Part shown: in pieces, positions 20,773-30,218 of the stretch
Layout of the letters: each line of letters opens with the position of its first letter
How positions within the stretch are numbered: the stretch's first letter is position 1
Virus record (IMG/VR): IMGVR_UViG_3300035180_002914
DNA: 64,000 nt
Origin: an uncultured virus (IMG/VR IMGVR_UViG_3300035180_002914)
Lineage: Duplodnaviria > Heunggongvirae > Uroviricota > Caudoviricetes
Reading direction: 5' to 3' (one strand)
Position numbers and translations under genes: made by a program
Notes under the pieces: generated by a model
Database searches by the model: none
The model's input: only the letters and a program-made list of their open reading frames with translations
What the model was told of the DNA's origin: nothing

Positions 20773-21840
20773 ATGAACGAATTTGAAAGAATTATGCTTC
20801 AAGAGTCGTATGTGAATCCTGCAGCAGGAGAAAAACCCGAAGACGTTTACAAAAGAGTTTGTCGCGCTGGAGCCGACAATCCCGAACACGAAAAAAGACT
20901 TTATAGCTATTTTGAGCGAAATTGGTTTAGAACATCAACACCAATAACAGCGAATCTAGGAAATGAAAGAGGTTTACCTATTTCTTGTTTCGTACAGCAA
21001 ACTTCAGATTCTCTTAATGATATCTTTAACAAATATTATGAGGCTATGGTTCTTGGTGCTGCTGGAGGTGGTATAGGAAATGACTTCTCAGAAGTAAGAG
21101 AGGTAGGCGCTAAAACTAAGAACGGTAAAACATCAGGTATAATGCCTTTCCTAAAAATAAGCGAGTCTATTGCTCAAGGTATTTCTCAAGGAGGTTTGAG
21201 AAGAGCCTCTCAAGCAATTTATCTAGATGTACATCATCCTGAAATAGAAGAATTTATAGAAATGAGAACTACAAAAGGTGCTTCTATAGAAAGAAGGATG
21301 CCTAAACTACATCACGCAGTAAAACTTACTGATGAGTTTTTAAATGCTGTCATAAACGGCGAGTCATATAACCTATACTCTAGAAAAGACGGAAGTGTAG
21401 TAAAAACTCTAGATGCTTTTGACATATTTACAAAAATTCTTACTAAGAGACATCAACACGGCGAACCTTATCTATTCTTTTCGGAAAACGCTAATAAGAA
21501 TTTGAATGAATTGTATGTGAAAGCTGGATGGAAAATAACAACTTCACAGTTATGCTTATCTGGCGATTCTATATTAGAAACAGAAGAAGGCTATAAAAAA
21601 CTAAAAGATATAAAAATAGGCGATAAAGTAAAGTCTATGAATACTGAAACAAAAGAAATTTCATTCAAAGAAGTTACTGATTTTGCTATGACTTCGCCTA
21701 AAGCTAAAGTAATGAGAATAACAGATACTGAATCTGGCAAACAAATCGTTTGTACTCCTGACCATAAAATTTGGACAGAAAACAGAGGTTATGTTATGGC
21801 CAAAGATTTGAATGAAACTGATGTTCTTAAAATATCTTAA
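20773..21840 (+). CDS. nrdA: class I RNR large subunit N-half fused to split-intein N-fragment (IntN 21553-21837, 95 aa)
   Basis: STPITANLG, PISCF, GGGIG, QGG.RRA and HPEIEEF; then TTSQL|CLSGDS...CTPDHKIWT. No ATP cone. Confidence 0.93.
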   Translation: MNEFERIMLQESYVNPAAGEKPEDVYKRVCRAGADNPEHEKRLYSYFERNWFRTSTPITANLGNERGLPISCFVQQTSDSLNDIFNKYYEAMVLGAAGGGIGNDFSEVREVGAKTKNGKTSGIMPFLKISESIAQGISQGGLRRASQAIYLDVHHPEIEEFIEMRTTKGASIERRMPKLHHAVKLTDEFLNAVINGESYNLYSRKDGSVVKTLDAFDIFTKILTKRHQHGEPYLFFSENANKNLNELYVKAGWKITTSQLCLSGDSILETEEGYKKLKDIKIGDKVKSMNTETKEISFKEVTDFAMTSPKAKVMRITDTESGKQIVCTPDHKIWTENRGYVMAKDLNETDVLKIS

Positions 21841-21855
21841 TAAGGGAAGAAATAT

Positions 21856-22932
21856 ATGCTCAAAATAGAATTTTTAGAGGAAGAAATTCCTGTTTATGAT
21901 ATAACTGTGGAGGATAACCACAATTTTTTCGCTAATGAAATACTAGTTTCAAACTGCAATGAAATAATGTTGAGAGTAGCAGAAGATTACACTGCTGTAT
22001 GTTGTTTGGCTTCAGTCAACCTAGCAAAATACGATGAGTGGAAAGACAACTACCAATTTATAGAAGATATTATGAGACTTCTTGATAATGTAATTGACGA
22101 TTTTGAAAGAAAAGCTAAATCTGGAAAATTCGGTGAACCGAGAGGTTTCCAAAACTCTCTTAAATCCGCTCTATATGAAAGATCTGTTGGTCTAGGTCAA
22201 ATGGGTCTTCACACATATCTCCAATCTAAAATGATACCTTTCGAGTCAGCTCTTGCTGAAGGTTTCCAAAGAAAGGTTTGTACTTTCTTGAAAGATGCTA
22301 CTGATAGAGCGTCAAAAGAAATAGCTAAAGAAAAAGGCGCTTGTCCTATGTCTATCGAATATGGAGATGGAACTGATAGATTCGTCTGTAAGATGGCTAT
22401 TGCTCCTACTGGAAGTATTTCTATTCTTTGTGACAATGTGTCTCCTGGAATAGATCCTATTATAGCTAACGCTTATATTCACGAAAATAAAACAGGAAAA
22501 CACGAAATAAGAAATGTCAATCTTGAAAAGTATATCAAGAAATATGCTGAAGAGAATGGCGAAGATGATAAGTGGATTGAAAAACAGTGGAAAAGAATAA
22601 TCAAAGACAGAGGTTCTGTTCAAGGTCTTGAGTGGATGAGTGACGACGCTAAACTTGTATTCAAAACAGCTTACGAAATAGACCAAAGATGGATTATTTC
22701 TCACGCTAAAGTAAGACAAGAAAAAATTGACCAAGGTCAATCCGTAAATCTATTCTTTAATCACGATGTTGATAGAAGTTATCTTGCTTATGTACATTTA
22801 CAAGCTTGGAAAGCTGGATTAAAAGGTCTTTACTACTGTAGAAGTCAATCTGCTACTAAAGCTAGCTCAAATTACGAAAGAGAAATAATTCAAGAAATGG
22901 ACAAATATGAAACTTGTTTGTCTTGTCAATAA
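21856..22932 (+). CDS. nrdA: split-intein C-fragment (21856-21954, 33 aa) fused to RNR large subunit C-half
   Basis: PVYDITVEDNHNFFANEILVSN|CNEI; VCCLASVNL, IAPTGSIS, DQGQSVN, KGLYY and C-terminal CLSCQ. Confidence 0.93.
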   Translation: MLKIEFLEEEIPVYDITVEDNHNFFANEILVSNCNEIMLRVAEDYTAVCCLASVNLAKYDEWKDNYQFIEDIMRLLDNVIDDFERKAKSGKFGEPRGFQNSLKSALYERSVGLGQMGLHTYLQSKMIPFESALAEGFQRKVCTFLKDATDRASKEIAKEKGACPMSIEYGDGTDRFVCKMAIAPTGSISILCDNVSPGIDPIIANAYIHENKTGKHEIRNVNLEKYIKKYAEENGEDDKWIEKQWKRIIKDRGSVQGLEWMSDDAKLVFKTAYEIDQRWIISHAKVRQEKIDQGQSVNLFFNHDVDRSYLAYVHLQAWKAGLKGLYYCRSQSATKASSNYEREIIQEMDKYETCLSCQ

Positions 22933-22947
22933 AAAGGATGGTGTAAA

Positions 22948-24408
22948 ATGTCAAAAAAATATAATTTATTTCATACTGATTCAAAATCATATAAACCATT
23001 TCATTATCCAAGCGCTTATGATAGATATAAAACTCACGAGGTAGCCCTTCACTGGACTACCGAAGAGATAGACCTTTCAGGCGATATGAAAGACTGGACT
23101 ACTATTTCTATAGAAGAAAAGCACATAATAACAAGTATATTTCAAGGTTTTGTTCAAAATGACACAGAAGTAGGTATGGGATATGATATTCTTATTAGAG
23201 CATTTAAACCCAATGAAGTTAAAATGATGTTGAGAAGCTTCGGAAACAGAGAATCTCTACATCAAGACGCTTATAGTTTGCTTCTTGATACTCTAGGCTT
23301 TCCAGAAGAGTTCTATAAAGAATACGAGTATATTCCTAGTCTTTCTCTAAAATATGATTATATACATAAAGCAAGAGTTAGACAATTCCATTACTATGTT
23401 TCTGAATATGGTATAGAAAAAGCTGATATAGAATTCAGAAAAGATGTTGCTAGAATGATAGCTGTTTATTCTGGTTTAGTAGAAGGTATATCTTTATTTG
23501 CTCAGTTTGCTATACTAGCTTCTTTCTCTAGAGATGGTAAATTTCCTGGTATGAACAAGGTTTTGTCGTGGAGTATCCTTGATGAAAATTGTATAATAGA
23601 AGGTACGGAAGTTCAATTAGAAGATGGTTCTTGGAAAAAGATAGAAGATCTTCAGCCAGGAGAAAAAATACTCCAATTCGATATGGAAACAGAAGAATAT
23701 TCTTTTGTAGAACCAACACACTTTACTAAATCTTGTCCAGATTACTATTATAAATTTGAGTCAGATGATGTCGAACAAATAGTTACTCCTGGTCATAGAA
23801 TGGTATTTAAAAGAGATGGAAAAGCACAAGAAGAAATAGCAGAAAAATATGAATTTGTGGAAGGTGATGAATTTATAAAAGGCGGTAGTAGTAAAATAGA
23901 AAAAACAAAGCTTGAAAATACAGATAAAAAAAATTTCTATTGTCCAACTGTTCCAGGAAAAGCTTTTGTTATTAGAAGTAATGGCAAAGTTTCTGTTACT
24001 GGAAACTGTCACATCGACGGCAACGCTTGGTTATTCAAAACTATAATAAAAGAGAATAGACAAATCTGGAATGATGATTTTAAAAGAGATATTTACGAAG
24101 CTGCCAGACAGATTGTAGCTAAAGAAGAAGATTATATTGATTATGTATTCAAACTAGGAGACTTGAATAATCTTACTAAAGATGAAATGAAACTTTATGT
24201 AAGATATATTGCTGATCAAAGATTAAAACAATTCGGACTCAAACCGAACTACGGTATCAAAGAAAATCCTCTTCCTTGGATGGAAAATCAGTTGAGTCTG
24301 ACTACTTACACTAATTTCTTTGAAAGTACTGTCTCAGAATATTCTTTTGGTACTATGACTGGAAGTTGGGACGAGGCTAAAGAAAAAATGAAAGAACTTT
24401 TCTCGTGA
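22948..24408 (+). CDS. nrdB: RNR small subunit with a cis mini-intein (23590-24006, 139 aa)
   Basis: HWTTEEI, ESLHQDAY and EGISLFAQF; ILDEN|CIIEGTEV...VTPGHRM...YCPTVP...VTGN|CHIDG; NFFE. Confidence 0.93.
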   Translation: MSKKYNLFHTDSKSYKPFHYPSAYDRYKTHEVALHWTTEEIDLSGDMKDWTTISIEEKHIITSIFQGFVQNDTEVGMGYDILIRAFKPNEVKMMLRSFGNRESLHQDAYSLLLDTLGFPEEFYKEYEYIPSLSLKYDYIHKARVRQFHYYVSEYGIEKADIEFRKDVARMIAVYSGLVEGISLFAQFAILASFSRDGKFPGMNKVLSWSILDENCIIEGTEVQLEDGSWKKIEDLQPGEKILQFDMETEEYSFVEPTHFTKSCPDYYYKFESDDVEQIVTPGHRMVFKRDGKAQEEIAEKYEFVEGDEFIKGGSSKIEKTKLENTDKKNFYCPTVPGKAFVIRSNGKVSVTGNCHIDGNAWLFKTIIKENRQIWNDDFKRDIYEAARQIVAKEEDYIDYVFKLGDLNNLTKDEMKLYVRYIADQRLKQFGLKPNYGIKENPLPWMENQLSLTTYTNFFESTVSEYSFGTMTGSWDEAKEKMKELFS

Positions 24409-24460
24409 AAGTTTTTTTTAAAATAAAATCCGCTATAATAAAAATTAAAAAGGAAACAAA

Positions 24461-24844
24461 ATGTTTATTTATCTAATCGGTGTGATTTTCTATATTTTCG
24501 GTAGCGGATTTGTTTCTGCTTATACAGCTATGTTTTGGGTCTCGTTAGTTGGCTTCAGTATTGTTAGCTTTATTGCTTTTTTGATTCTTGTATTTAGTGG
24601 AGCTGCAATAGGCTCTTCTGTCGGGAATAATAAAGGTTTGTCAACAGTTCTCGGTGCTTTAGGCGGAACGGTGTTACTTCCATTTATTATGGTTTTTGGA
24701 ATTTTGAAAATTGCTCTTCTTTGGTATGTAATGTCAAATGTTGCTATTACAGGTATGACAGGTACAACTCTTGTTGCTGCTGTTGCGCACGCTGTCATCA
24801 CATTGCTTGAATGGATAAAAACTATTTTACAACCGAAAGCTTAA
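24461..24844 (+). CDS. multi-pass membrane protein
   Basis: About four hydrophobic segments; own promoter and RBS. Confidence 0.7.
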   Translation: MFIYLIGVIFYIFGSGFVSAYTAMFWVSLVGFSIVSFIAFLILVFSGAAIGSSVGNNKGLSTVLGALGGTVLLPFIMVFGILKIALLWYVMSNVAITGMTGTTLVAAVAHAVITLLEWIKTILQPKA

Positions 24845-24847
24845 ATA

Positions 24848-25402
24848 ATGCCAAAAACATTTGTTATATCTGATACACACTTCTTTCACTTTAACTGTAT
24901 CAGATACAACTCTCGTCCATTCTCTGATGAGTATGAGATGAACGAGACTATCGCTAAAAATTGGAATTCTGTAGTCTCTCCTGAAGACACGGTAATCCAT
25001 CTTGGCGACCTTTCTTGTGGGTTACAAGGCAGAAAGGATTCTTTAAGCGAACTTTGTCGAAGCCTTAACGGTAATATAATTCTTATAAAAGGAAATCACG
25101 ACCATTTCGACTCTTCATTTTATATAAACGAATGTGGTTTTAAGGCTTTCATAAAGTTTATTAAAACTGAAAGAGTATTTTTCTCACATATTCCTGTTGT
25201 TGATGAATACGAAGTGTTCGATAATAAAGAAGCCTTCCAGCAGTATAAAAAAGAATGGGAAGAATGGAAATCTGGTAAACAAAATCCAATAAACATATTT
25301 GGACACGTCCATAACACACATTTTAAGTCGACTCAGGGTATCTGCGTTTCTGTAGAAAATACGAACTATACTCCGCTCGATTTGTCTACAATTTTAAACT
25401 AA
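24848..25402 (+). CDS. calcineurin-like metallophosphoesterase
   Basis: SDTHFFH, HLGD, GNHD, SHIP and GHVH motifs. Confidence 0.9.
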   Translation: MPKTFVISDTHFFHFNCIRYNSRPFSDEYEMNETIAKNWNSVVSPEDTVIHLGDLSCGLQGRKDSLSELCRSLNGNIILIKGNHDHFDSSFYINECGFKAFIKFIKTERVFFSHIPVVDEYEVFDNKEAFQQYKKEWEEWKSGKQNPINIFGHVHNTHFKSTQGICVSVENTNYTPLDLSTILN

Positions 25403-25422
25403 AATAGGATAAAATACAAGTT

Positions 25423-25830
25423 ATGGAAAAAAGAAATTCGTGGAATGTAATGTCTAGTGCATTTAAAAAAGACTTCTATCCGACAGAAGAAGAAATAAAA
25501 GACATTTCTTCTTTTGTCTTTTGTAGATTTTTATCAAACCATCCTTTTGGTGCTCTTATAGTAAACTTTATTAATGTTTACCCAGAAGTGCCGATTGAAA
25601 ATCAATATCAACTTGTTAGATATTCTATGCCGAAAATTCAGTATTTAAAGTATCCATCAATTAAAAAAATATCTAAGACAGAAGAGTTAGAAAATATAAT
25701 GGATTATTTTAACTGTTCAGAAAAAACAGCACTAGAATATTTAGAGTTAATGAGTGATGAAGAAAAGGAAAGGATTATGAAAAAATTCGAGCATCACAGA
25801 ATAGAAAAAAGAAAGAATAGAAAGAAATGA
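25423..25830 (+). CDS. gp62: gp62-like clamp loader small subunit
   Basis: SSFVFCRFLS and IMDYFNCSEKTALEYLELM pattern. Confidence 0.7.
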   Translation: MEKRNSWNVMSSAFKKDFYPTEEEIKDISSFVFCRFLSNHPFGALIVNFINVYPEVPIENQYQLVRYSMPKIQYLKYPSIKKISKTEELENIMDYFNCSEKTALEYLELMSDEEKERIMKKFEHHRIEKRKNRKK

Positions 25831-26792
25831 TTTTACATATAAGTCATACAGATCTTGATGGTATAGGATGTCAAACTTGTGTAATAGAAACATTTCCAGA
25901 TGAAGAGGTATCTCTTAGAAATATTTCATATATTCATATAGAACCAACACTTAATATTCTTTCTTCAATAGCAGGAAAGTATTCTAAGGTTTTTATTACT
26001 GACTTAATGTTTAAAAACGAAAAATATTTAATTACTCTACAGGAAATATCTAACAAATATCCTAATGTAGAATTTTATTTTTTCGACCATCATAATTATG
26101 ATTTTAATATTAAGAAATATCAAACTAAAAACCTTATAATTTTACATACAAATAAAATGTCAGCTAGTAAAATTACTTTCCTAGCTTGTAAGAAAAAATG
26201 GAATCTAGAAAATTCAAAGCTTGAAAGATTTATAGAACATATAAGTGCTTATGATATCTTCGATAGAGATAGTATTTTCTTTGAAAAAGGATTTAAACTT
26301 TTCAGACTTACAACTTGTGAAAAGTATAGGTTTCAAAACATAGTTAAACTCATTGATGATATGATAGCTTCAGATTATTTACTATTTTCTGAAGAACACG
26401 AAGAAATGATAAAAAATAAAATCGAAGAAAATAAAAGAACTCTCGAGAAATATAAGAATTCTGGAGGTATAATTTTCGAAAAGAACTGTGTAGCAGCATT
26501 TTCAACAAATGAATATATTATAGATCTAATAAGAGAAGAATATGAAAAAGACTATGATATATTCATTAATATGACTCTTTTTGGAAGAGGCTCTGTAAGA
26601 TTATCTGATAGTTTAAATACTAAAGAGTTTGATGTTAAGAGTATACTAGAAGATATTTGTAAAAGAAAAGAATCCTTTAAAGAATTAGATGGTCACGAAA
26701 AAGCTTTTGGTATTCTTTTTGATAAAAATCACGAGAGCTATAAGAAAGACATTGTATCCATAGTCCAAGAGTTTTTCAAATATTTAAAATAG
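25827..26792 (+). CDS. DHH-family phosphoesterase
   Basis: HTDLDG, ITDL, DHH and GHEKAFG motifs. Confidence 0.88.
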   Translation: MILHISHTDLDGIGCQTCVIETFPDEEVSLRNISYIHIEPTLNILSSIAGKYSKVFITDLMFKNEKYLITLQEISNKYPNVEFYFFDHHNYDFNIKKYQTKNLIILHTNKMSASKITFLACKKKWNLENSKLERFIEHISAYDIFDRDSIFFEKGFKLFRLTTCEKYRFQNIVKLIDDMIASDYLLFSEEHEEMIKNKIEENKRTLEKYKNSGGIIFEKNCVAAFSTNEYIIDLIREEYEKDYDIFINMTLFGRGSVRLSDSLNTKEFDVKSILEDICKRKESFKELDGHEKAFGILFDKNHESYKKDIVSIVQEFFKYLK

Positions 26793-26817
26793 ATTTTTAT
26801 AAAATATTCCATAAAGG

Positions 26818-28173
26818 ATGTACATGGAAGAACAAATTCTACACTCCTTACTTTATTCCCCGGAATATTTCAGTAAGGTATTCACTCATTTAAAGCGAAC
26901 ACATTTTTCTAAAGTCGAAAACGCTGAAATTTTTTCGGCTATAAAGTCTTATTTTGAAAGGACAGAAGAATACCCTAGACCAAAAGAAATAGGTCTGTTT
27001 ATAAAAAATGATCCAAAATACTCTGAGTCTAGAGATTTTCAAAAAGGCATTCTGAGTCATTTCAAAGAAATATTCGTTGACTCAACTCCTATACATAATT
27101 TGCAGTATATGGTTGAAGAAACTGAAAAGTTTGTCAAGCTAAAAGAACTACAAGACGCTATTCTTTCTTCGGCTAAAATAATGCAAAAACAGGGTGAGCT
27201 TACTCAAATACCTGTTATGATAGAAGAAGCCCTTAAGATACACTTTGATTCTGATATAGGACACGATTATAATTCTGAAATATCTGAAAGGATCGAGTAC
27301 TATAATAAAAAGAATTTCGGATATACTTCCGGTATTGGAGAGTTCGATAAGAAACTAGGCGGCTTCCGACCAAAGACTTTAAACATTTTTGCTTCACCAT
27401 CACACGGAGGTAAATCTGCTCTTTTGGTCCATACAGCAGCTTCTAACTTATTAAAGAAAAAGAATGTTCTGTATATTACACTAGAAATGTCAGAACTAGA
27501 AATATCGAAAAGAATAGATGCTAATATTCTTAATATAGATCTTTTTGAGTTATCGAAAATAGACAAAACAGTCTTGAAATCGAAATTTGAAGAAGTTAGA
27601 CCACAACTAGGAAAACTTGTAATTAAAGAGTATCCTGCTGGATCTATGGATATTGTGACTCTTAATGGTCTTATAACTGACCTTAAGAACAAAAAGGACT
27701 TTGTACCTGATTTAGTTATTATAGACTATATAGGCTTGATGAAGTCTTCAAGAGGAAGTTTAGGAACATTCGGTAACACTTATAGCCTTATGAAATCTGT
27801 TGCCGAAGAGTGTCACGGATTTGCTAAGAAACAAAATTTACCAGTTGTGACAGCCGTTCAGTTGAATAGAAGTTCTTACGGCAATATAGATGCAACCGAG
27901 GACACCGTTTCAGATTCTCTCGGTTTTGTTATGACAGCTGACACTCTTACTCTTATGATATCTAACGATGAAATGAGAAAGAATGGACAGATAATTCTAT
28001 CAATTAGAAAAAATAGGAATACAGGCGACCTATCTAAAATATTGATTGGCGTAAACTTTAAACGAATGCAATTCTTCGACGCCGCTGGGACAATAGAAGA
28101 AACTTCTCCAGCCGAAAGCACGCTAATGAAAGACAATGAATTATTTGAAGCGTTCACAAGTCAAAGTTTTTGA
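26818..28173 (+). CDS. gp41: gp41/DnaB-like replicative helicase
   Basis: SHGGKS, YITLEMS, IKEYP, IDYIGL and TAVQLNR motifs. Confidence 0.93.
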   Translation: MYMEEQILHSLLYSPEYFSKVFTHLKRTHFSKVENAEIFSAIKSYFERTEEYPRPKEIGLFIKNDPKYSESRDFQKGILSHFKEIFVDSTPIHNLQYMVEETEKFVKLKELQDAILSSAKIMQKQGELTQIPVMIEEALKIHFDSDIGHDYNSEISERIEYYNKKNFGYTSGIGEFDKKLGGFRPKTLNIFASPSHGGKSALLVHTAASNLLKKKNVLYITLEMSELEISKRIDANILNIDLFELSKIDKTVLKSKFEEVRPQLGKLVIKEYPAGSMDIVTLNGLITDLKNKKDFVPDLVIIDYIGLMKSSRGSLGTFGNTYSLMKSVAEECHGFAKKQNLPVVTAVQLNRSSYGNIDATEDTVSDSLGFVMTADTLTLMISNDEMRKNGQIILSIRKNRNTGDLSKILIGVNFKRMQFFDAAGTIEETSPAESTLMKDNELFEAFTSQSF

Positions 28174-28299
28174 TATCATCCGAAATAGAAGTTGACTTCA
28201 AAATAATTTCTAAAAAACTTTTTATTTTAAACTTTTTTAGAATATAATTTGACTTTAGAAAGTGATAAATAATCGCTTTCTATATAAAAGGAGATAAAA

Positions 28300-28503
28300 A
28301 TGAAAAAAGTTCTTGTAAGCCTTCTTGTTATAGCTGGTCTTGCTTCTGTAGGTTTTGCAGCTGAAGCTAAAAAAGCTGATGAAAACAAAACTGAAAAAGT
28401 CGAATCAAAAAAAGCTAAAAAAGCTGAAGAAAGAAAAGCTAAAAAAGCTGAAGCAAAAAAAGCAGCTGAAGCTAAAAAAGCTGAAGCAAACGCTACAAAA
28501 TAA
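28300..28503 (+). CDS. small exported Lys/Ala/Glu-rich protein
   Basis: Signal peptide MKKVLVSLLVIAGLASVGFA followed by AEAKK repeats. Confidence 0.7.
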   Translation: MKKVLVSLLVIAGLASVGFAAEAKKADENKTEKVESKKAKKAEERKAKKAEAKKAAEAKKAEANATK

Positions 28504-28552
28504 AACGATCTAAAGCCGAATAATACACCTTTGTGCTAGGCTTTAGAAATAA

Positions 28553-28725
28553 GTCCATCTAGTTGCCAGTAACCTCTTTTGTCGAAAGAGGCTAGACGGA
28601 TATGCGGCGTCAAATAGCGCCGCTGACTGTGTGCTTAATAAAAAGTCCATTTAGTTATCAGTAACCTCTTTCAATGATAGGAAGAGGCTAGATGGATACA
28701 CGGGAGTAACTACCCGTTGATTGTT
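28553..28725 (+). ncRNA. tandem pair of a structured RNA motif (unassigned)
   Basis: Copies start at 28553 and 28645; stems are conserved, the P3 stem covaries, and a pseudoknot is likely. Confidence 0.6.
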
Positions 28726-28742
28726 TAATGAAGCACTTAATA

Positions 28743-28784
28743 ACTTTCTTCGATGGCTATTCGAGAATAGCCATCGAAGAAAGT
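28743..28784. repeat. perfect 20-bp inverted repeat
   Basis: ACTTTCTTCGATGGCTATTC-GA-GAATAGCCATCGAAGAAAGT. Confidence 0.85.
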
Positions 28785-28952
28785 CATTCGAATAATTTCT
28801 CATTGAGTATTCAGAAGTAAGTGCACCTCTACTTCAATGTCTCGAGAAATCCTTCGGCAGCAAAGGATCGCATAGTTTTAAGGGTGTGCGTATAGTTGTT
28901 GTCTCAGCTGGGAACATTGCTTAAACAATGAAACCAGCTTCCATTTAAACAC

Positions 28953-29240
28953 GGGCGGTTAAGGGTAAGATCCTGTTATTGTGTAGGTAAGAAATACACT
29001 TGAAAACAAATAAGTGCAAACAATACAAACTTTAAACCTGCAGCGGAGTTGGCAGCTTAACAAGAAACAACTCCTTTTGCTACGAAGTTGAATTTTTTCT
29101 TTTCCTTTCTTTTCACTTTTCTCTAAAAACATTGTAAAACTCCTATTTGAACTCAAAATCGTTTCAAGTGCGATTTTGTTTTAACTATTTCTTAACGAAG
29201 ATATCAGGATAACACGGCTTCGATGCCGTATCGTCCACCA
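28953..29240 (+). ncRNA. ssrA: tmRNA, tag ANNTNFKPAAELAA (29016-29060)
   Basis: Acceptor stem GGGCGGT/ATCGTCC with G3:U Ala determinant and ACCA end; T-arm ACGGC-TTCGAT-GCCGT; helix ATCCTG/CAGGAT; resume context ATAAGT-GCA; smpB 1 kb away. Confidence 0.92.
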
Positions 29241-29333
29241 TTTCTTAAATTAACCTTAATTTTTAATTTTGCTGAAATTTAAGATTAGTTTAAGAAATTT
29301 TTAGTTATAATTTCTCAAATTAAGTAAAAAGGC

Positions 29334-29618
29334 TTGAAAATGAAAACTATCGAAAACGATATCAAAACTTTCCAAACTTCTAAAATTATTTTCGAAGAAG
29401 GCGTTTCAGAAGAAAATATAGCTAAAGCTATTGAACTTGCTAACCAAATCGATTATTACTATAATTATATTGATGACGGTGCTCAATATAGAGCTGCGGG
29501 TAGAAAAAATAAAATTCTGGCTGAAAAACTATTAGAACTTGGCTGTGTAGAAATAATAGTACCATTTAATGGTAGAAACTGTGAAATAAAAACTGAAACT
29601 TATTGTAAAGGATTTTAA
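29334..29618 (+). CDS. hypothetical early protein
   Basis: Follows promoter at 29289; DYYYNYIDDG..YRA motif. Confidence 0.6.
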   Translation: MKMKTIENDIKTFQTSKIIFEEGVSEENIAKAIELANQIDYYYNYIDDGAQYRAAGRKNKILAEKLLELGCVEIIVPFNGRNCEIKTETYCKGF

Positions 29619-29815
29619 TGAGAAAAAGAGTAGTAATGACTTGTCTAGTAACAAAAACCTTTTATGTAGATGAAGAAACAGAGCAAGGCGTAGTGAACAA
29701 AATCAACAATTCGTTGGCGGAATGGAATAATACTGACCTTTTTGAGACGATAAAGCCGGACAAAATAATAAAAATACAAAATATTAAAATTAAAGAAGTA
29801 GAGGAAGGATTTTAA
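29618..29815 (+). CDS. hypothetical protein
   Basis: Translationally coupled ORF. Confidence 0.55.
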   Translation: MRKRVVMTCLVTKTFYVDEETEQGVVNKINNSLAEWNNTDLFETIKPDKIIKIQNIKIKEVEEGF

Positions 29816-29816
29816 T

Positions 29817-30218
29817 ATGGGTATTCAAGCAAAAATATATGGAGACTTGTATATAGCTAGAAAAAACAACTTACCAACAAAAGAAGATCTATCGTTCCTT
29901 CTTGGAGAAGTGATGGCTCCAGGAAAGAATAAAGGTAACAGGGAGAGTACTGACGGTGAATGTGTTCAAGTAATTAGAAACTTGTTGAAGAACGAATATT
30001 TGAAAGACTCGGAAAGGGCGCTTTATGAATCTTATCTTCCAAAACAAATGAATGACGATGAAGTAGTAAATGGAATTAAAAAGCTAGTTTCTGAAAAATC
30101 TCTTCCTGCTGTTCCAAAATCGCTAGGAGAAATAAACGCTCATTTTAAACAAAATTTTGATGGTCTGTATAATCCTAAAAGTCTATCAGAACTATCTAAA
30201 CAGGTGTTAGGTATATGA
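29817..30218 (+). CDS. YqeY/GatB-domain protein
   Basis: LLGE, TDGECVQVIR, SYLPKQM and FKQNFDGLY motifs. Confidence 0.75.
   Translation: MGIQAKIYGDLYIARKNNLPTKEDLSFLLGEVMAPGKNKGNRESTDGECVQVIRNLLKNEYLKDSERALYESYLPKQMNDDEVVNGIKKLVSEKSLPAVPKSLGEINAHFKQNFDGLYNPKSLSELSKQVLGI

Noticed and set aside
21838..21856. Group I intron or sequencing error splitting nrdA
   Set aside because: The gap is only 15 nt, contains an RBS and falls at the usual IntN/IntC boundary.
28881..28943. tRNA gene ending in CCA
   Set aside because: No D-arm, T-loop or 7-bp acceptor stem. I found no canonical tRNA in the window by eye.
28959..29156. Minus-strand 65-aa ORF
   Set aside because: It is the antisense shadow of the tmRNA.
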